The notes: generated from the sequence alone by a model not told the origin. A stretch of 64,000 nucleotides of DNA from Octopus bimaculoides (GCF_001194135.2 NC_068992.1:64935413-64999412); one strand, 5' to 3'. Positions 41,734-56,726 are shown, counted from the stretch's first letter. Made by a program: numbers and translations.

Positions 41734-42596
41734 TTTTTATATTTATTTTTCTCATCTTGTGATTAATTGCGGTTATTATTGGTCAACGCTGTCTGCTTCA
41801 CTTTGAAAAATATTGTCTTTGAAACGCAGGCGATGATTTCGAAATTCTTTTAAAGAAAACCAATAACAAATTTTCATTATGTTTTTGCCTTCATTCAGTG
41901 ACCCAGTCAAATAATTGGTTTTAGGATTTTATTATGTTTTCCTATATCTATAATAATCCAACACCGGCTCCACTTCTTTATCTCTCTCGCACTGACACTG
42001 ATCCTGATTAAATTGATCCTCACCGTTATTTGTACAGTCCATAAAGATATCTATTAATATATTTTTTACATTATTTCTAAAGATTACTTTACACAGCAGA
42101 TAACACGGCTTAACCGAGAGAAATCCTCGTATCAAGTGTTTTCGCCCTCAGAAAATGATGTTGCCATTTCTTTCTTTCTTTCTTTCCCTTTTTCATTTTG
42201 TATTTTCCCGATATACCAGGACCACAATACGCAATGATGCCTGAGGCTGTGTGCTTATATCGAATGGAAACGTACAGCAGAGTAAAGGAAAAATTCCGTA
42301 AAAGCGAGAGAGAGAGAGAGAGAGAGAGAGGTCCGTTTTCAATTTAAATTTTGAAATCAGTTTCCAAGAATACAATTAATCCTGCGAAACGGGAGAATAT
42401 TTAAGAGTATAATTTCCATCCTTTAAAACAGAATCATTTTACCAATTGCAAAGGAATGGAAATTTTAGAGATCTTTAATTGAGTTGTCATTCTATAATTT
42501 ATATTCTTTCACCGGCATTTTACTGTATTGGTTGTGAAGACATCTCTTTAATAGCTGAAAACAGCAAGTTGTACACAGACCCACTGTGAAGTAGTC

Positions 42597-42731
42597 TGCG
42601 AGCTGGCAGAATCGTTAGCACGCCGGACAAAGTGCTTAGCGACATTTCGTTCGTCTTTACGTTGTAAGTTCAAATTCTGATGAAAGTCGGTTTCCCATTT
42701 CATCCTTTCGGGGGTCAATAAAATAAGTACC
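42597..42731 (+). mobile_element. SINE family 1 copy, 3'-truncated, abutting the RTE fragment
   Basis: gcgagctggcagaatcgttagcacgccggacaaagtgcttagc...gttcaaattc...catcctttcggggtcaataaaataagtacc. Confidence 0.9.
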
Positions 42732-43230
42732 ATGTTTGCACTCCTCACACAAAGACGTATGAGATGGCTTGGACATGTTAGTCGTACGGAAGATGGCAGA
42801 ATCCCCAAGGACATACTCTACGGAGAGCTTGCTAGGGGTCCTAGGTTTGTTGGAAGACCGTTCTTACGGTACAAGGATGTTTGCAAAAGGGATGTGAAGG
42901 AGGCCTGCGACATCAGTATTAGCAACTGGGAAGCGGTTGCTAGCAACCGTGGAGATTGGTGACGCACCATAGAAGAGGGAACACAAAGGAGTGACAGAGG
43001 AAGAGAGAGGAGAAATGGAAAGACAAGAAAAGACGCCAACAAGAAACTATGACATTAGAACCAGCCAGGCAAAGTCTTCGCTACATCTGCGGCACCTGCC
43101 AGCGGGGGGGGGGGGGNNNNNNNNNNNNNNNNNNNNNNNNNNNNNNNNNNNNNNNNNNNNNNNNNNNNNNNNNNNNNNNNNNNNNNNNNNNNNNNNNNNN
43201 NNNNCCAGGATAGGGCTACACAGCCACAGT
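42732..43230 (+). mobile_element. RTE-clade non-LTR retrotransposon, 3' ORF fragment
   Basis: LLTQRRMRWLGHVSRTEDGRIPKDILYGELARGPRFVGRPFLRYKDVCKRD...NWEAVASNRGDW* is the typical RTE post-RT region (RWLGHV.R, LYGEL, GRP.LRYKD). It is followed by the C-terminal zinc-finger remnant YICGTCQR...RIGLHSH, split by poly-G and an N gap (43117-43204). Contains an in-frame stop. Confidence 0.9.
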
Positions 43231-43233
43231 GCA

Positions 43234-43447
43234 GGCAGCAAGCTGGCAGAAACGTTAGCACGCCGGGCGAAATGCGGAGGGGTATTTACGCTCTGTCTTT
43301 ACGTTCTGAGTTCAAATTCCGCCGAGGTCACCTTTGATTTTCATCATTTCGGGGTTGATAAATTAAGTACCAGTTGCGTACTGGGATCGATCTAATCGAC
43401 TGGCCCCCTCCCCCAAAATTTCGAGCCTTGTATCTAGAGTAGAAAAG
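43234..43447 (+). mobile_element. SINE family 1, near full-length copy
   Basis: ggcagcaagctggcagaaacgttagcacgccgggcgaaatgc...gagttcaaattccgccgaggtc...aagtaccagttgcgtactgggatcgatctaatcgactggccccctcccccaaaatttcgagccttgtatctagagtagaaa. Confidence 0.9.
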
Positions 43448-44875
43448 AAAAGAATGTTGCAAAAAGCACAGCGAGTAACACCCGTTTTATGAACCTACAA
43501 TATTGCTTTGAATTTTCGTTTTGTAATATCTTCAGCAGGAACAATTGTTAACTCATTGCACGATGTTACTTCGATTGGTGACACGATGGCGTTTCGTAAC
43601 CGAGAGAAAATTACATTCATTCCAAATGATACGACTCTTTCAATGCATTAACTGCAAACTAGATTTTGTGATAGAATTACCTGACGTCTATTACAACCGT
43701 TTTAACTACGAATTCAAATATATGTGGTTAAGGTATACTTCCATTAAACTGACTATCAAACTGTCATCGTATATTTCACGTAAACTTAACATTGAATAAA
43801 GTTAGATAACACTAAATTAAATAAGTCGGTCTCTTACTCTTGTTTAATAGTATGAGACTTTCAATTACGGGACAGATTATAGAGAGGAAATGCGAAACAT
43901 TAGTGGAAAGCAAGTTGAACATGTACTTATTCTCTCGATCTTTTTTCTTGCCGAACAGTTAAGTTACGGGGTGGGGGAAAGACAAACAGGAAATGACCTT
44001 CCACCTACAGGAAAAATAACAAAAACAACAAAATTGAAGAATAAAAAAAAACCCAAATGATCGACAGTTATATTACTTGCTGACAGATAGGTTTCCGAGG
44101 TCGAAAAAACAAAACTGCCAACTGTGATAATGTCTGCGAATTACAGGAATTGGAAATTGAGTCTTGTTTAAGAAAATATCAAATAATTATTTCGTTTCTT
44201 TTTTTCTTTCGTTAACATATTTCAAGGGGAAAATCAAGTAAAATTTTAAATAAAATGGCGGAAATCATTTTGTTTTTCATTTTCCAGCATGTCATTACTT
44301 TTTTGTGTTTTTCACAAATCATACATTCACTCACGCAAATGACAAATGTTTCGCAGAAAATCTACACACATTGGATCAGCTTCGGCATCACATAAATCAT
44401 ATCTGAATTTGTTATATCAAACGTTATCATCAAATATGATTCGAAAGTATTTTTTCTCCTGCAAAAATACTTGTCTTTTTCTGTTGCATTTAGCATTTAT
44501 TACAGCCAAAAGGGGATAAAAAAAAAAAAGGATTTGATTTTTTGGTTGTTGTAACATATGGTTGTTTTTTGTTAGGGTATATTTGTGTTAGGGAACATTC
44601 TATTCTTATTAATCAAGACATATTCTATTTTTTTTTGCGTAGCAAACTGAAGCAGCAAAACGAATTACAAAAATAGGAAAGTGGAAAGTCTACATATAAC
44701 GCTAAGCATGTTTACATACATAGATACATAAAAAGAGAGAGCTACATACACACACAAACTTTCAAATACACGCACTCAAACCCATACATGTGAGAAACAT
44801 ATACACAAAAATACATACATACACTCACATACATACACTCACATACATATATACATATATGCATAATAGATACAT

Positions 44876-44920
<45 letters not shown>

Positions 44921-45020
44921 CATATACATAGGAATGTAGGCATGTGTATTTATATACATCTAAACAAAAATATACTAATATTTATCCATCTATATATATA
45001 TATATACACTTATGTATGTG

Positions 45021-45056
<36 letters not shown>

Positions 45057-46147
45057 TAGATAGATAGATAGATACACACATACATATATGTGTGCGCGTG
45101 TGTCTATAAATAAATGACTATATACATACATATTTGCATATATATATATATTTTTTATATATATATATATGTATATATATATACACACACATACATTTAT
45201 ATGTATCTACGTGTATAATAGGTGACAAGTTAAAATATAAATATATAGATAGCATAAAAAAAAATCAAAATTAAAGAAAGCCATTTTTCCCGTCTAAGGA
45301 ATTTTAAATGCCAATATTTCTGATAAAAATATTTGATATTCTACTGAGATAAATATTGTTCTTATTTTGTAGATTTATTGGTCTCTCTAAAATTCCCAAA
45401 TGTGAATGTTTTGAAAGAAAATATTTCCAGAAATTAAATTTTCTTTTTCTCTCTATTTCTATTTATCTCTAGAATATACTATTTTGATAAGTGGCGCTGT
45501 GAGCAGTGAAACACGCCATATTGAACATTGAAACAGCGCAATCTTGAAAATACTTTTTGTCAAATAAATGCAATTTTCAATGTTATGTTTATAAATAATG
45601 TAGAAAATTCGAAATAAATAAAATTAGCGTTGAACAGCCATAGCAAATTATGAAAGTACGTGACGAATCGCCTCATTTTCATAAGTCTCAGCAATAGTTA
45701 TATTTGTGCAAAAGTACACTACATTATTTTATTAGTTTACGTGACCGCGCTTCAGCTATGAACCATAGGCTACCTACTTGGAAGACGACAGTGGTTAGCG
45801 GTGTAAATGAATGAGAAAATCGCAGCGATATAAATGACTAAAACACTGGATATTCTGTAAAATAATTTCAAGAATTCTAAGATTTATGCAATAAGGAATG
45901 ATTGTGTTGTTTTCATAAGATTTGATTAGAAACTAGGTCACAGGGTCAGGCAACTGGTGTCTAAAATGTATGAAAAAAATCTCGCAAAAATATCGAAATG
46001 ATGCCGCTGGGTTAATGCATATACATTTGGATCAGCAGCTACAGTAGCTGAAGCAAGAACAGCAGCATCCGCAACAGCAGCAGTATTTAGCGTGGTAGTA
46101 GCAGTAGAAGTGGTTGTTTTTTGTTGACGTTACATCATACAATTATC

Positions 46148-46357
46148 GGTTTCAAATTTTGGCACAAGGCCAGCAAGTTCGGAGGAGGGGGTAACCCTAT
46201 TAAATCGACCTCACTGCTCAGCTGGTACTTATTACATTGAACCCGTATGATGAAAGGCAAAGTCGAGCTCGGCAGAATTTGAACTCAGAACGAAAGATGG
46301 ACGAAATATCGCAAATCATTTTGTCTGGCGTGCTAACGATTCTGCCAACACGCCGCC
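46148..46357 (-). mobile_element. SINE family 1, near full-length copy
   Basis: ggtttcaaattttggcacaaggccagcaa...gatgaaaggcaaagtcgagctcggcagaatttgaactcagaacg...tgctaacgattctgccaacacgccgcc. Confidence 0.9.
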
Positions 46358-47708
46358 TTTGTTGCGGTATAAAATGATCGATTTCATATGACAGTTTTAG
46401 AAAGCCTTTACTAGTGATATGCCTGCAGTTTGTACACCAGAGAAACCTTGTCTCATGCTCCATGCCAAATTATTTCTCATGAAAATGTATTCGATTAACT
46501 AAACTCCAATTCTGATAATCATTTATATACAGCCACAAGGAAAAGCAACGTAGCTCCCTGTACATATGACTACAGAGGGAACATGACTCAAGTATATATC
46601 TAACTTTAACGTAATAACACTGGCAAAGATTTCTGTTCACACAAGGCCATATGTTCCGACACAGCAGAGAGTAGATTTACTCGACACAATATGCTGTTTA
46701 GTATACAAACATCAGAAATGTAAAATAGCAAGTCACCTGCCGCGAATTTTCATTTTCAAAATGCATTGTTGTAAGATTGTTGTCTTGTGTTGCTGAGATC
46801 TATTCCTAAGTCTATAGGCCCTATATCGTTTATATATCTAGAAGAGTATTCTGTCTTCTCTTCATATACAAACTATGGATCTCTTCCTAGTAGAAAATAA
46901 TTAACAGTTCGACCAGCTATTACAGATTGTTAGCGACTGTCTGTTACAATCAGTTTTATATTATCGTCTGTAGTTTATGTTATAACCCTGTTATCAAAGC
47001 ACGTTTTAAATATTATATTTCGTAAGCATACAATTTCGTATTTCTCTGACAAGCAGTAAAACAAAACATAGAAACAATGCAAGATAGTTATATAACTGTA
47101 AGGTATACATCATAGATAATCTTCGGGGAATTAAAAGATTATGCCATCCTCATACACGTAAAATGATAGATTAAAATGTTGACTCAGAAAATGATCAATG
47201 AAGAGGAAAGGAAAAAGTGATTTATCTTTAATAGAAACTGCATTTGACCGCGAAATGAGAATGTATAACCGTTCTAATCAGATACGACCATATTGTTCGT
47301 GTGATTCATAGATTAGAAGAATTTCACGTTCTAAATGAACAATATGATCAGTAAATATAATTCATAATCAATGGTAAATGGTTCTTTCATATTCCTATCA
47401 AAGTTCAGGGCAAATACGCCAACAGGCTTACATACGCGTATGCGAATAAGCACATATAAGTAATCAGATACACAAACAACACATGTCAGCAGATATACGT
47501 AATACAACCTTTCTCTTTCTCAGTCTCTCGCTTAGAATCGACTACACTGAACTGTGAGGAATTATGATCGATGCACTCGGCAGTGTAGCCCTATTTTTTT
47601 AATGCAAACAATTCCATTCGGTCTCAGTGGAAGAAAGTGGACACTGAAGAAACATCGGAGAGAGAACACATGATGATGGCGACCAAATATTTCTATATAT
47701 CTATATCC

Positions 47709-47739
<31 letters not shown>

Positions 47740-47825
47740 TGTTTGTATGTATGTATGAATGTATGTGTGTATGTACGTATGTATGTATGTGCGTATGTAT
47801 ATGTATATATATATATGCACATATA

Positions 47826-47876
47826 ATGATGATGATGATGATGATGATGATGGTGATGACGACGTCGACGACGACG

Positions 47877-47912
<36 letters not shown>

Positions 47913-47942
47913 GTAATAATAATAATGATAATAATAATAATA
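47826..47942. repeat. Compound (GAT)n-(GAC)n-(AAT)n array
   Basis: Seen directly. It is followed by a ggcacaaggtc remnant resembling a family 1 SINE 3' end on the minus strand. Confidence 0.9.
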
Positions 47943-48627
47943 TTTTTTATTGGCGGCACAAGGTCTCAGATTTGTCGGGTGAGGACTAGTAAGGACTAGT
48001 GAGGACTATGTAAGCTTATAGATATGTATGCTTGCTTATATGTGTGTAGGTGTGTGTGAGCGCGCGCTTTTTGGTGAGAAGTTTTCTAGTTACATATTTA
48101 TGAATGTTATATATCGAATTACGTGCAACTGAAAGTATACACAACCCCAAAAATATCCTTGAATATATATGCGGACATTACTTCGTGCTTGCTGCCATAT
48201 TGTAGTGTGCCGGTGCGAGTGCTTATTTATGTGTATAACACTGTGAGTGTTGACTATCTATGGCTGGATGCAATACAAGAAATAAACATTAAGTGAATAT
48301 CTAAACTGTTTTGGTCAAGCAAAGTTTTTGGTAAAGGTCGCAAACATACATTATCATTTTATTCGTAAAATTTATATTGTTAAGGTCAGATTTAAGATGC
48401 ACTTATATTTTGGAATTGTTTTAGGAGACAGTCAAAACAAATCAATCTCATTTTCCCAACTTCATCTTTCTTCCAACCCTTCACATTTGTCTCTTCTCAC
48501 TTTATGCCTTTTGTCTTCGTGTTTGAATCTTTTGTTCTTTGACTTTTCTTGTGTTTGCTTAAAATCTCTCAAAAATCAAATATTAAATTTTTATTTTTGT
48601 TCGTTTTTAAGATCAATACCCTCTTTT

Positions 48628-48685
<58 letters not shown>

Positions 48686-48714
48686 CACACACACTATACA
48701 TACATATATTATTG

Positions 48715-48746
<32 letters not shown>

Positions 48747-49741
48747 CATATACTCCTCTGTCAATATGTATATGTGTGTGTATATTATAAAACCAGGAAA
48801 AAACATTAATGATAACTTTTTCCCCTTTTTTGCATATTTTATTTGACTTTTTTCTGAAAACCAAATATTTACCGATTATCTTTTTCTTACAGTTTCTATT
48901 TCTTGTTGTCTTCTGTAGCTGTTAAATTTAATCTGTGCATTCATATCTATCATAATATATGATTGGTGCACATGTTCTACAGACTGATGAAAGCGATTCC
49001 AATGGTAAAAGCACTCGAAACGACCGTGATTGCTTATAGACGAGAAGAAAGGAACAAATATTAGAAATTTTCAGTAATTGATTTTTATACTAAATATTAC
49101 ATTGATGCGACAATTCCATTGTAGATTGCTTCAGGAAACGATAGTAAAGCAAGAGGGCGACCAGACGCCGTTATAGCTTCGTTCCTCTGTTCAAACAAAA
49201 CCGCATCAATGCCTCTAACTAATACCATTTTCGTCATTTTGTGTTTAGTTCTCTTTGACAAATAGATAAATCATTATAAAAAAAAAGTTATGAACTAAAT
49301 GATAAAATTCACCTTGCTGAGTCCCTGGCGAGCTCATTTTAAATCCCAGGCGGAAGTATTTTAATTCACTAAGGTAGTTAAATAGTTCTGGGAAAAAAAA
49401 ATATAAAAGATGTTTCCTTTAATTCTCGTTTGAAGTCAAAGACACAAAACTGATTACACCACATGAAACAACTGACTTAATATTTCACGCAGAGAACCAA
49501 AGAAGAAAAGCCTTAATACATAAGTGTGATTGAGTGCATGTTCTATATTATAAACGATGGACTGGTATCAGGACGTGATATATATTTGGGCAGAAACACG
49601 TCTTTTCAACGCGTAGGTTACGAAAATGTGAATTTTCCTGAGACGTTCTCAAAAAATGGTTGTACGATTTCACGCTTTCATTCACAAGCGATGGTGGGGA
49701 CAAACACAGACACACAAATACACACAAACAAACACACACAC

Positions 49742-49772
<31 letters not shown>

Positions 49773-49815
49773 TACACACACGCACATACAACATACAACA
49801 CGCACACACACACAT

Positions 49816-49958
49816 ACGCCGGGCTTGTTTTCATTTTCCATCTATCAAATCCTCAAGACTATAGTGGAAGACACTCGCCCAAGGTGACACGCAGTGGGGC
49901 TGAACTCAGAACGATGTGGTTAGGAAGGAAGCTTTTTACCACACAGCCCCGCCTGCGC
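49816..49958 (-). mobile_element. SINE family 2 copy with 3' module and (TG)n tail
   Basis: Head ctatagtggaagacactcgcccaaggtgacacgcagtggggctgaac...ccacacagccccgcctgcgc matches the other family 2 copies. The reverse complement continues ggatttgatagatggaaaatgaaaacaagcccggcgt into a TG-rich tail. Confidence 0.8.
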
Positions 49959-50387
49959 TTGAAATGTAAATACAAACATTTCTCATGGTTTCTTATGTAA
50001 CAGCGTAACGACGTATGATTTTCAAGTAGAACTTACAGTGTGACCAGAGCACGAGATTGCTTGGAGCCACAAGGCACATTATAAAAACATTTCTAGTCTC
50101 GTGTCTTCATCTTAAGAAATTATTGGCAGTTCTTATCTTAAGAGATTTTCACGAAATGATTTTTACTTCTCGTTGGATGGAGTTCGTTTCGGGTTGATTT
50201 TACTTAACGGAACAAGAGACCATGTGTATGTATGCATGTATGTATGTATGTATGTATGTATGTATGTATGTATGTATGTATGCATGTATGTATGTATGTA
50301 TGTATGTATGTAGTATGTATGTATATGGTTGTACGTATGTGCGTGTGTGTGTGTGCTTGCATGTGTTTGTACGTGTGTGTGTATGAT

Positions 50388-50722
50388 TTAAGGACTGTGT
50401 CAAGTCCTATATTAAAGGCCTGTGATATGCAGGAGACCGATTGGGAGAGCGATGCCTGTCATCGTCACAGATGGAGGAAGCAGGTTAAGGAGGGAGTCGA
50501 CACCTTTGAGAGAGGACGTATTGTGCATGAAGACGTATTGTGCATGCTGCTCGAAAGCGCACATCTGGTGTAGCGAATGGGGAAAGCTTGGTCTGTAATG
50601 TTTGCAGTCGTGTACGCTTGTCAAGAGCAGGGCTGCAAATGCAAATTATAAGCTAGTCCTATAGGGCACAATGTTCTTGAAGGTCAGCAAAGGTCTTCCT
50701 GAATCACGAGTGGACGGCCATC
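50388..50722 (+). mobile_element. RTE-clade LINE 3' end fragment
   Basis: LKACDMQETDWESDACHRHRWRKQVKEGVDTFERGR, then after a frameshifting tandem duplication (gacgtattgtgcatg x2) AARKRTSGVANGESLVCNVCSRVRLSRAGLQ. This is an RTE C-terminus with a C-x2-C finger. Confidence 0.75.
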
Positions 50723-51836
50723 GTGTATGTATGTATATATTTATACTTGTGCTCTCAGTGTTTCAAATGTATATAGATAGTCTTGCGTAGACATACATAT
50801 TTACATACTCAATTATTCAGATATTCGAAACTACGATAACAACTACGGCAATAAAAAACAACACAAAGAACCAAATTGGAATGAAAGGAATCCGGACTTG
50901 CAGTGAACAGTTTCAGGGCTCAAATATACAACTATCAGCTGGAACTGTATAGACTAAAAACAAAAATGGAATTCACAGGATGATAGCGAATGCTGTGACA
51001 TCAATGGCTCTCCAAAGTAAAAAGAAACTAACCTGCGTTTAACAAAAATCGAAACATGCTTTCTTGGCTCATTCTCTTGAAATTTACTCCATGATATACG
51101 ATTTTACTAACAAACAGACGCCTGAACAGAATCGATTTTATTACTGTCATCTATCAGCGGTAACTGAAATTTAATACAACAATTATTTCTGATGGGATTT
51201 TTCCAGAGGAAGCAGCATTTGTCTACAATGTGTCTTCTACTTAAGTGATTGCCATGATTGAATCTCACCTTGGAGGAGGATAATCTCTTTGCCTGTCTGC
51301 CTCTCAGCTTGTGGATTACCTCTCTGTTTCTTTGTCTCTTTATGTATATATATNNNNNNNNNNNNNNNNNNNNNNNNNNNNNNNNNNNNNNNNNNNNNNN
51401 NNNNNNNNNNNNNNNNNNNNNNNNNNNNNNNNNNNNNNNNNNNNNNNNNNNNNNNNNNNNNNNNNNNNNNNNNNNNNNNNNNNNNNNNNNNNNNNNNNNN
51501 NNNNNNNNNNNNNNNNNNNNNNNNNNNNNNNNNNNNNNNNNNNNNNNNNNNNNNNNNNNNNNNNNNNNNNNNNNNNNNNNNNNNNNNNNNNNNNNNNNNN
51601 NNNNNNNNNNNNNNNNNNNNNNNNNNNNNNNNNNNNNNNNNNNNNTATAGGTATATACATGCGTACTTATATATACATGCATATATATAAATAGTTTTCA
51701 CAAAGTACAGGCTGCATGGATGGACAGAAGCTCTCTCTCGTTTTCTCCTTGCTGATTGCACAGATTCATAAAATCAAACTCGCTAACGTGCGCGTGCACA
51801 TGCAGACACGCACACACACACACACGCACACACACA

Positions 51837-51880
<44 letters not shown>

Positions 51881-52185
51881 CACACACTTAAGCACACAAA
51901 CACTCATTCTCTTTCTTTCACTTCCTATTTTTCACTGTCCTCTCTCACTTTTACACAATCTATACTACCCCCACCCTACACCCCTTTCTCGTTGCCATAG
52001 AAGAATGCAATACTAATTGAATAGTTCTTCCAATGTAGCATCTACCATCGCATTTGATATCTTGTCAACAGACATCAAGCATCTTTCGATTGATAGAGGC
52101 AACATTTTATATCTCTAACCCAAAATTCCATATTTCTATTAACCTACATTGAAGCTACACATGCACATACAAATACACACACACA

Positions 52186-52249
<64 letters not shown>

Positions 52250-54680
52250 CACATGTATAATCACCCAGTCACATACAAATGCACACACGCTGCAGTCGTT
52301 TGCATAACATTGTTATCAGAAATATAGTTGAGCAAGAAATGAGCGCCCAAACAATTACACGATTAAGTCAGCCAATGGAAGTCCAGAACTGAAACGAGGT
52401 GGACATAGAAGAATTTTTATAGGTACACACACACACACACATTTAGGACAATCCCATAAGCGCTTGTGAGCAGAGGGTGCTGCAGTTACACTTTATCCGA
52501 ATACAAGAGTTGATGTATAAAAAAAAAAACAATACATCCAAATTAATTAAGACGTTGATAGGTAACATATCGTTAAACTGCAATACCTTATCATAATATA
52601 GCAAACCCCGGGTGAAAGAAATTTTCATGTATGTACAAAATCAGAAAAACGAATCTAAGCAGCTTAAACACCTTCATACATTTCAACAAACACACCATTT
52701 TTATATTAGAATATTGTTTGTTATGGCTGGTCATTTTCCTCCTAGTTGTAGAGACGTTCTCTGACTCCAGCTATTTGAATCTGACAAGCCACCTATACTA
52801 CTAAACACTTTATATGTGCGAAACCAATGGTCACTCAATAGCCAGCCTTAACAAACACTTTTCTATATAATGCTACTCTAATGTTTTACAGTTTGCTTTT
52901 TCGGATATTTGAACTAATGATGCTATCGATCTTTAAGAAGATATATACATATAAGAGAAACACTTTTTATCTCTCAGTTTAATCGTCTTCATATTTGGTT
53001 ATATAAAATATTTTTCAATAGGTAAGATTTCGCTTCTATACTCATGGTTGAGCTTTTTATTTAAATTAAGATTTGCTCGAATGTAATTAAATTTCGAGAA
53101 AACCCTTCGATCTGCTAAATGAAATAGTTACAGAATTCTTGCGATGCAATCCACCCCGAATATCTTTTGTTAGATAAACAACAACTAATAGTTTTTTCTT
53201 TTTATTTGTTGCCCTCCACACGGTGACTATCGCAGAGATCGTTCATGCTAGCTTTTGTTATGTGCATCGACTTACTTACGATGCCCGAATCCAATCAAAA
53301 GCCGCGAAATAAAAGAACAAAATGAAAATAAACTGTCCTTTTCTTCTTCCCTTCTACTTATTTTCCGCGTGGAAAACTGATCTGATATAGATAATTGTAG
53401 AATATAAACAGCTTAAAACAATTTAAAACGGCAGTTTGAGAAGAATGCATCAAATTTCTCAAAGCTATCATTAGATAAGAGACATTTTTTGACGAAAGAT
53501 GGAAGAAAAAACGTCCCATGATAAAAGTCATTAACAATATCGCTGGAAGCTGTACAAGAACGTTTGATAACATATAGTGGACAAGTAATACCTGTTTAGA
53601 TATAGCAGCCATCGTTGTACAGTTATAATGAAATATCAGCCGAGATGGATAACAAAGTTATAAGAATATATCAACCGCCAATACTGCGGCATCAAACAGG
53701 AGATGAGTAATAAATTCACGTCTTCAACTCATGCACAGAACAATACGGAGATTCTTGTGGGGAAATAAACAAAAATCAATGTTCGAGCTCAAGATATTCA
53801 GTGAGTAACTCTGTTATCACAAAACTCTACTTCAATGAGCCACTGTTGACCACTCGTTTGCTTCTAATCCACAAACTGTATACGAAAGGATGACGAAGGA
53901 AACTAATATCTCAGAATAAAGAACTGCTTTTCTATCTAAAATCTGAAATGAAAAGAAAACTTTAAACCATAATGCAATATGGCTGAATACAATCAGGAAT
54001 AAATACCGTGTCAACATCGTCACTGAAATCTTACATCAGCAGATGTGGAAGTTTCACGGAATCTTCGAGAGAAACTTGAATAACGAGAAGGCTCCACGTT
54101 GACACCAAATAGCTGGACAGTGGTATAAGTTATTAACATGCTACAGAAAGTCTCTCGCGTGTATATCTAAAACAAATCTCTACAACCAAGTTCAGACACC
54201 ATGTTTGCTTGCAATAGCGCAGACAAATCTAATCGGCAAGGATGAAAGTATAACCTAGAGAGAAAGTTATAGATCTATTGCTTGGCTAATATATATTGAA
54301 GCTGTTCACAAGCTATTTAAATCTATTCTTCATGGCCATTGCAAATCCACAAGGAAGTAACTGATATAGATTTGAGCAATGGTAAACTATGAAATGACTT
54401 TCAACCATTTATAAAATGTTATTAAATTTATACATAGAGCAACGCTTGGTTGTCTTTTCTCCAATGAAGCAACATTTCACATCCATGAAGCAATTTTACG
54501 AATTGATATTTATTTTTATAGCATCTTCAAAAACAAAATAGCATAATTTCACCACAGCAAACAACAAAAAAATGTCCATGTCAGAGACACAACTAAGATC
54601 TGTTTTATTTACTGGTTATTTATACAGTACAAACTACATGAGTACAATCAGATCTTGTCTTCAGTCAACAAACATAAAAT

Positions 54681-54757
54681 AAATACCGGGCTCAATGTAA
54701 TCGACAAGTCCCCTCTCTAAAATTGCTGGCCTTGGGCCAATATTTGAAACTATTATT
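54681..54757 (+). mobile_element. SINE family 1, 3' fragment
   Basis: ctcaatgtaatcgac...cccctctctaaaattgctggccttgggccaatatttgaaac is the reverse complement of the start of the 46148 copy. Confidence 0.7.
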
Positions 54758-54962
54758 ATCTTATAGTCTTGTCATTTTCTTCCTCCTCATTGCTCTTACT
54801 TCCTTCAGTTCAACCTCTGAGCAATTTAGAAACCATAAACATCTACTTTCCATGGTAATTCATTGACGCAACATTTGCATTCCCGAAACTTTATCTCGTA
54901 CATCTTTCTCTTTCCCTTTTCTCATCATCCCATTCTCTCTCTCTCACCCTCTCTCTCTCACC

Positions 54963-54994
<32 letters not shown>

Positions 54995-55471
54995 NNNNNN
55001 NNNNTCTCTCTCTCTCTCTCCCTCTCTCTCTCTCTTTACCTCTATCTCTTCCCCCTCTCTCTCCGTCTTTCTCTTTTGTTTCTAGATCCTTCTTTGACTT
55101 TTCAAAGCCAATTGTTTTAATGTATGAAATTTGTTTAATGTTGATTCGATGCCTTGCTATTCTCTGCTGGAGTAGATGGAGCTATGAAAGAGAGGAAATT
55201 TCATCAGTGTGTACAAGGAAGTGTACACACTAAATGTTCAGTGCATATATATTGATTATAACTGATGGGTCTATTAGTTTAAATATTATTATTATCGAGG
55301 AGGAAATGTTAGATGTGTGTGACTACTTCAGCATGCTAACTGCCGACCGACTCATTGAGAGGCGCACACACAGAAAGACAGCGCCTCATATATACACACA
55401 CAGATGCGTACACATATAACACACACGCACACACACACACAAACACACAGACACACACATACACACACAGA

Positions 55472-55529
<58 letters not shown>

Positions 55530-55669
55530 CACGAATAGATGCACGTTCAGAGGCGCCTCCTACAGATATACACACGTGGTTGTACGTACAATGCATGTAG
55601 TCAGGCATATATATACCCGTAGTAGAATTCACATGGGTACATAGACGCACTCATACACACAAACACACA

Positions 55670-55706
<37 letters not shown>

Positions 55707-55983
55707 GTATACAGAAACATAGAGATGCATTGAGAATCACATGCACACATAATCTCTTTCTCTCTCTCTCTGTGTTTGTCTCTCTCTGTCTTGCACATAC
55801 ACATATACATACACAAACAGATGTACACGCAAACACACACATACAAGCGTGCACGCATGTGCAACCAAGCAGATATACTAAAACAGAAGCGGAAATACAG
55901 GAGGCAGACGGACATGTAAGCACGCAATCATACACACAGTCATATGTAGACAAAAACAAACACACAACACACACACACAACAC

Positions 55984-56021
<38 letters not shown>

Positions 56022-56493
56022 ACACGCATACACTCATGTATATATACAAACGTGTGTATATAAACAGAGGCATGCAGATACAGACACAGATGTACTGCCT
56101 AGAAGACAGACACCTACGCATGTAGATGCACACACGCACATACACACAAATAAGCACACACATACACAGCCGCAAATATACAAACGTTGAGATACAGAGA
56201 CACATTCGACAAAAACACACACAAAATGATATGGACACACGCACTGGCGCATCCACACGCATAGATACAGACCGATACCTAGCTAACCACATATAGACAC
56301 AACACGTATATTTGGACTCCACCGATAAGCACTTACGCATCGATGCCTCCATAAGTATATACACACACACACGCACACACAAACGCACACATACACACGC
56401 ACACATGCAATTAACAGATATGCGTTCATTTCAGTCACAACCATACACGTACAAATACATAATATACGTTCGCATATCCGCCGCCGCCATTAA

Positions 56494-56615
56494 TATATGT
56501 GTGTGTGTGTGTATGTGTATGTGTGTATTTATCTCTCTCTCTCTCTCTTAGTCTATATATAGATGTGTGCGCGTGTGCGTGTAGCTGTGTGTGTGTGTAT
56601 CTCTCTCTCTTAGTC

Positions 56616-56656
<41 letters not shown>

Positions 56657-56683
56657 AGGTGTGTGTATCTCTCTCTCTCTAAG

Positions 56684-56726
<43 letters not shown>

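Noticed and set aside
47981-48008. 10-nt triple repeat (g/a)aggactagt, superficially CRISPR-like
   Set aside because: It is a short tandem repeat without spacers, in a eukaryotic context with no cas genes.
53340-54440. Possible highly decayed LINE or Penelope-like region
   Set aside because: I could not recover any diagnostic motif by hand translation.
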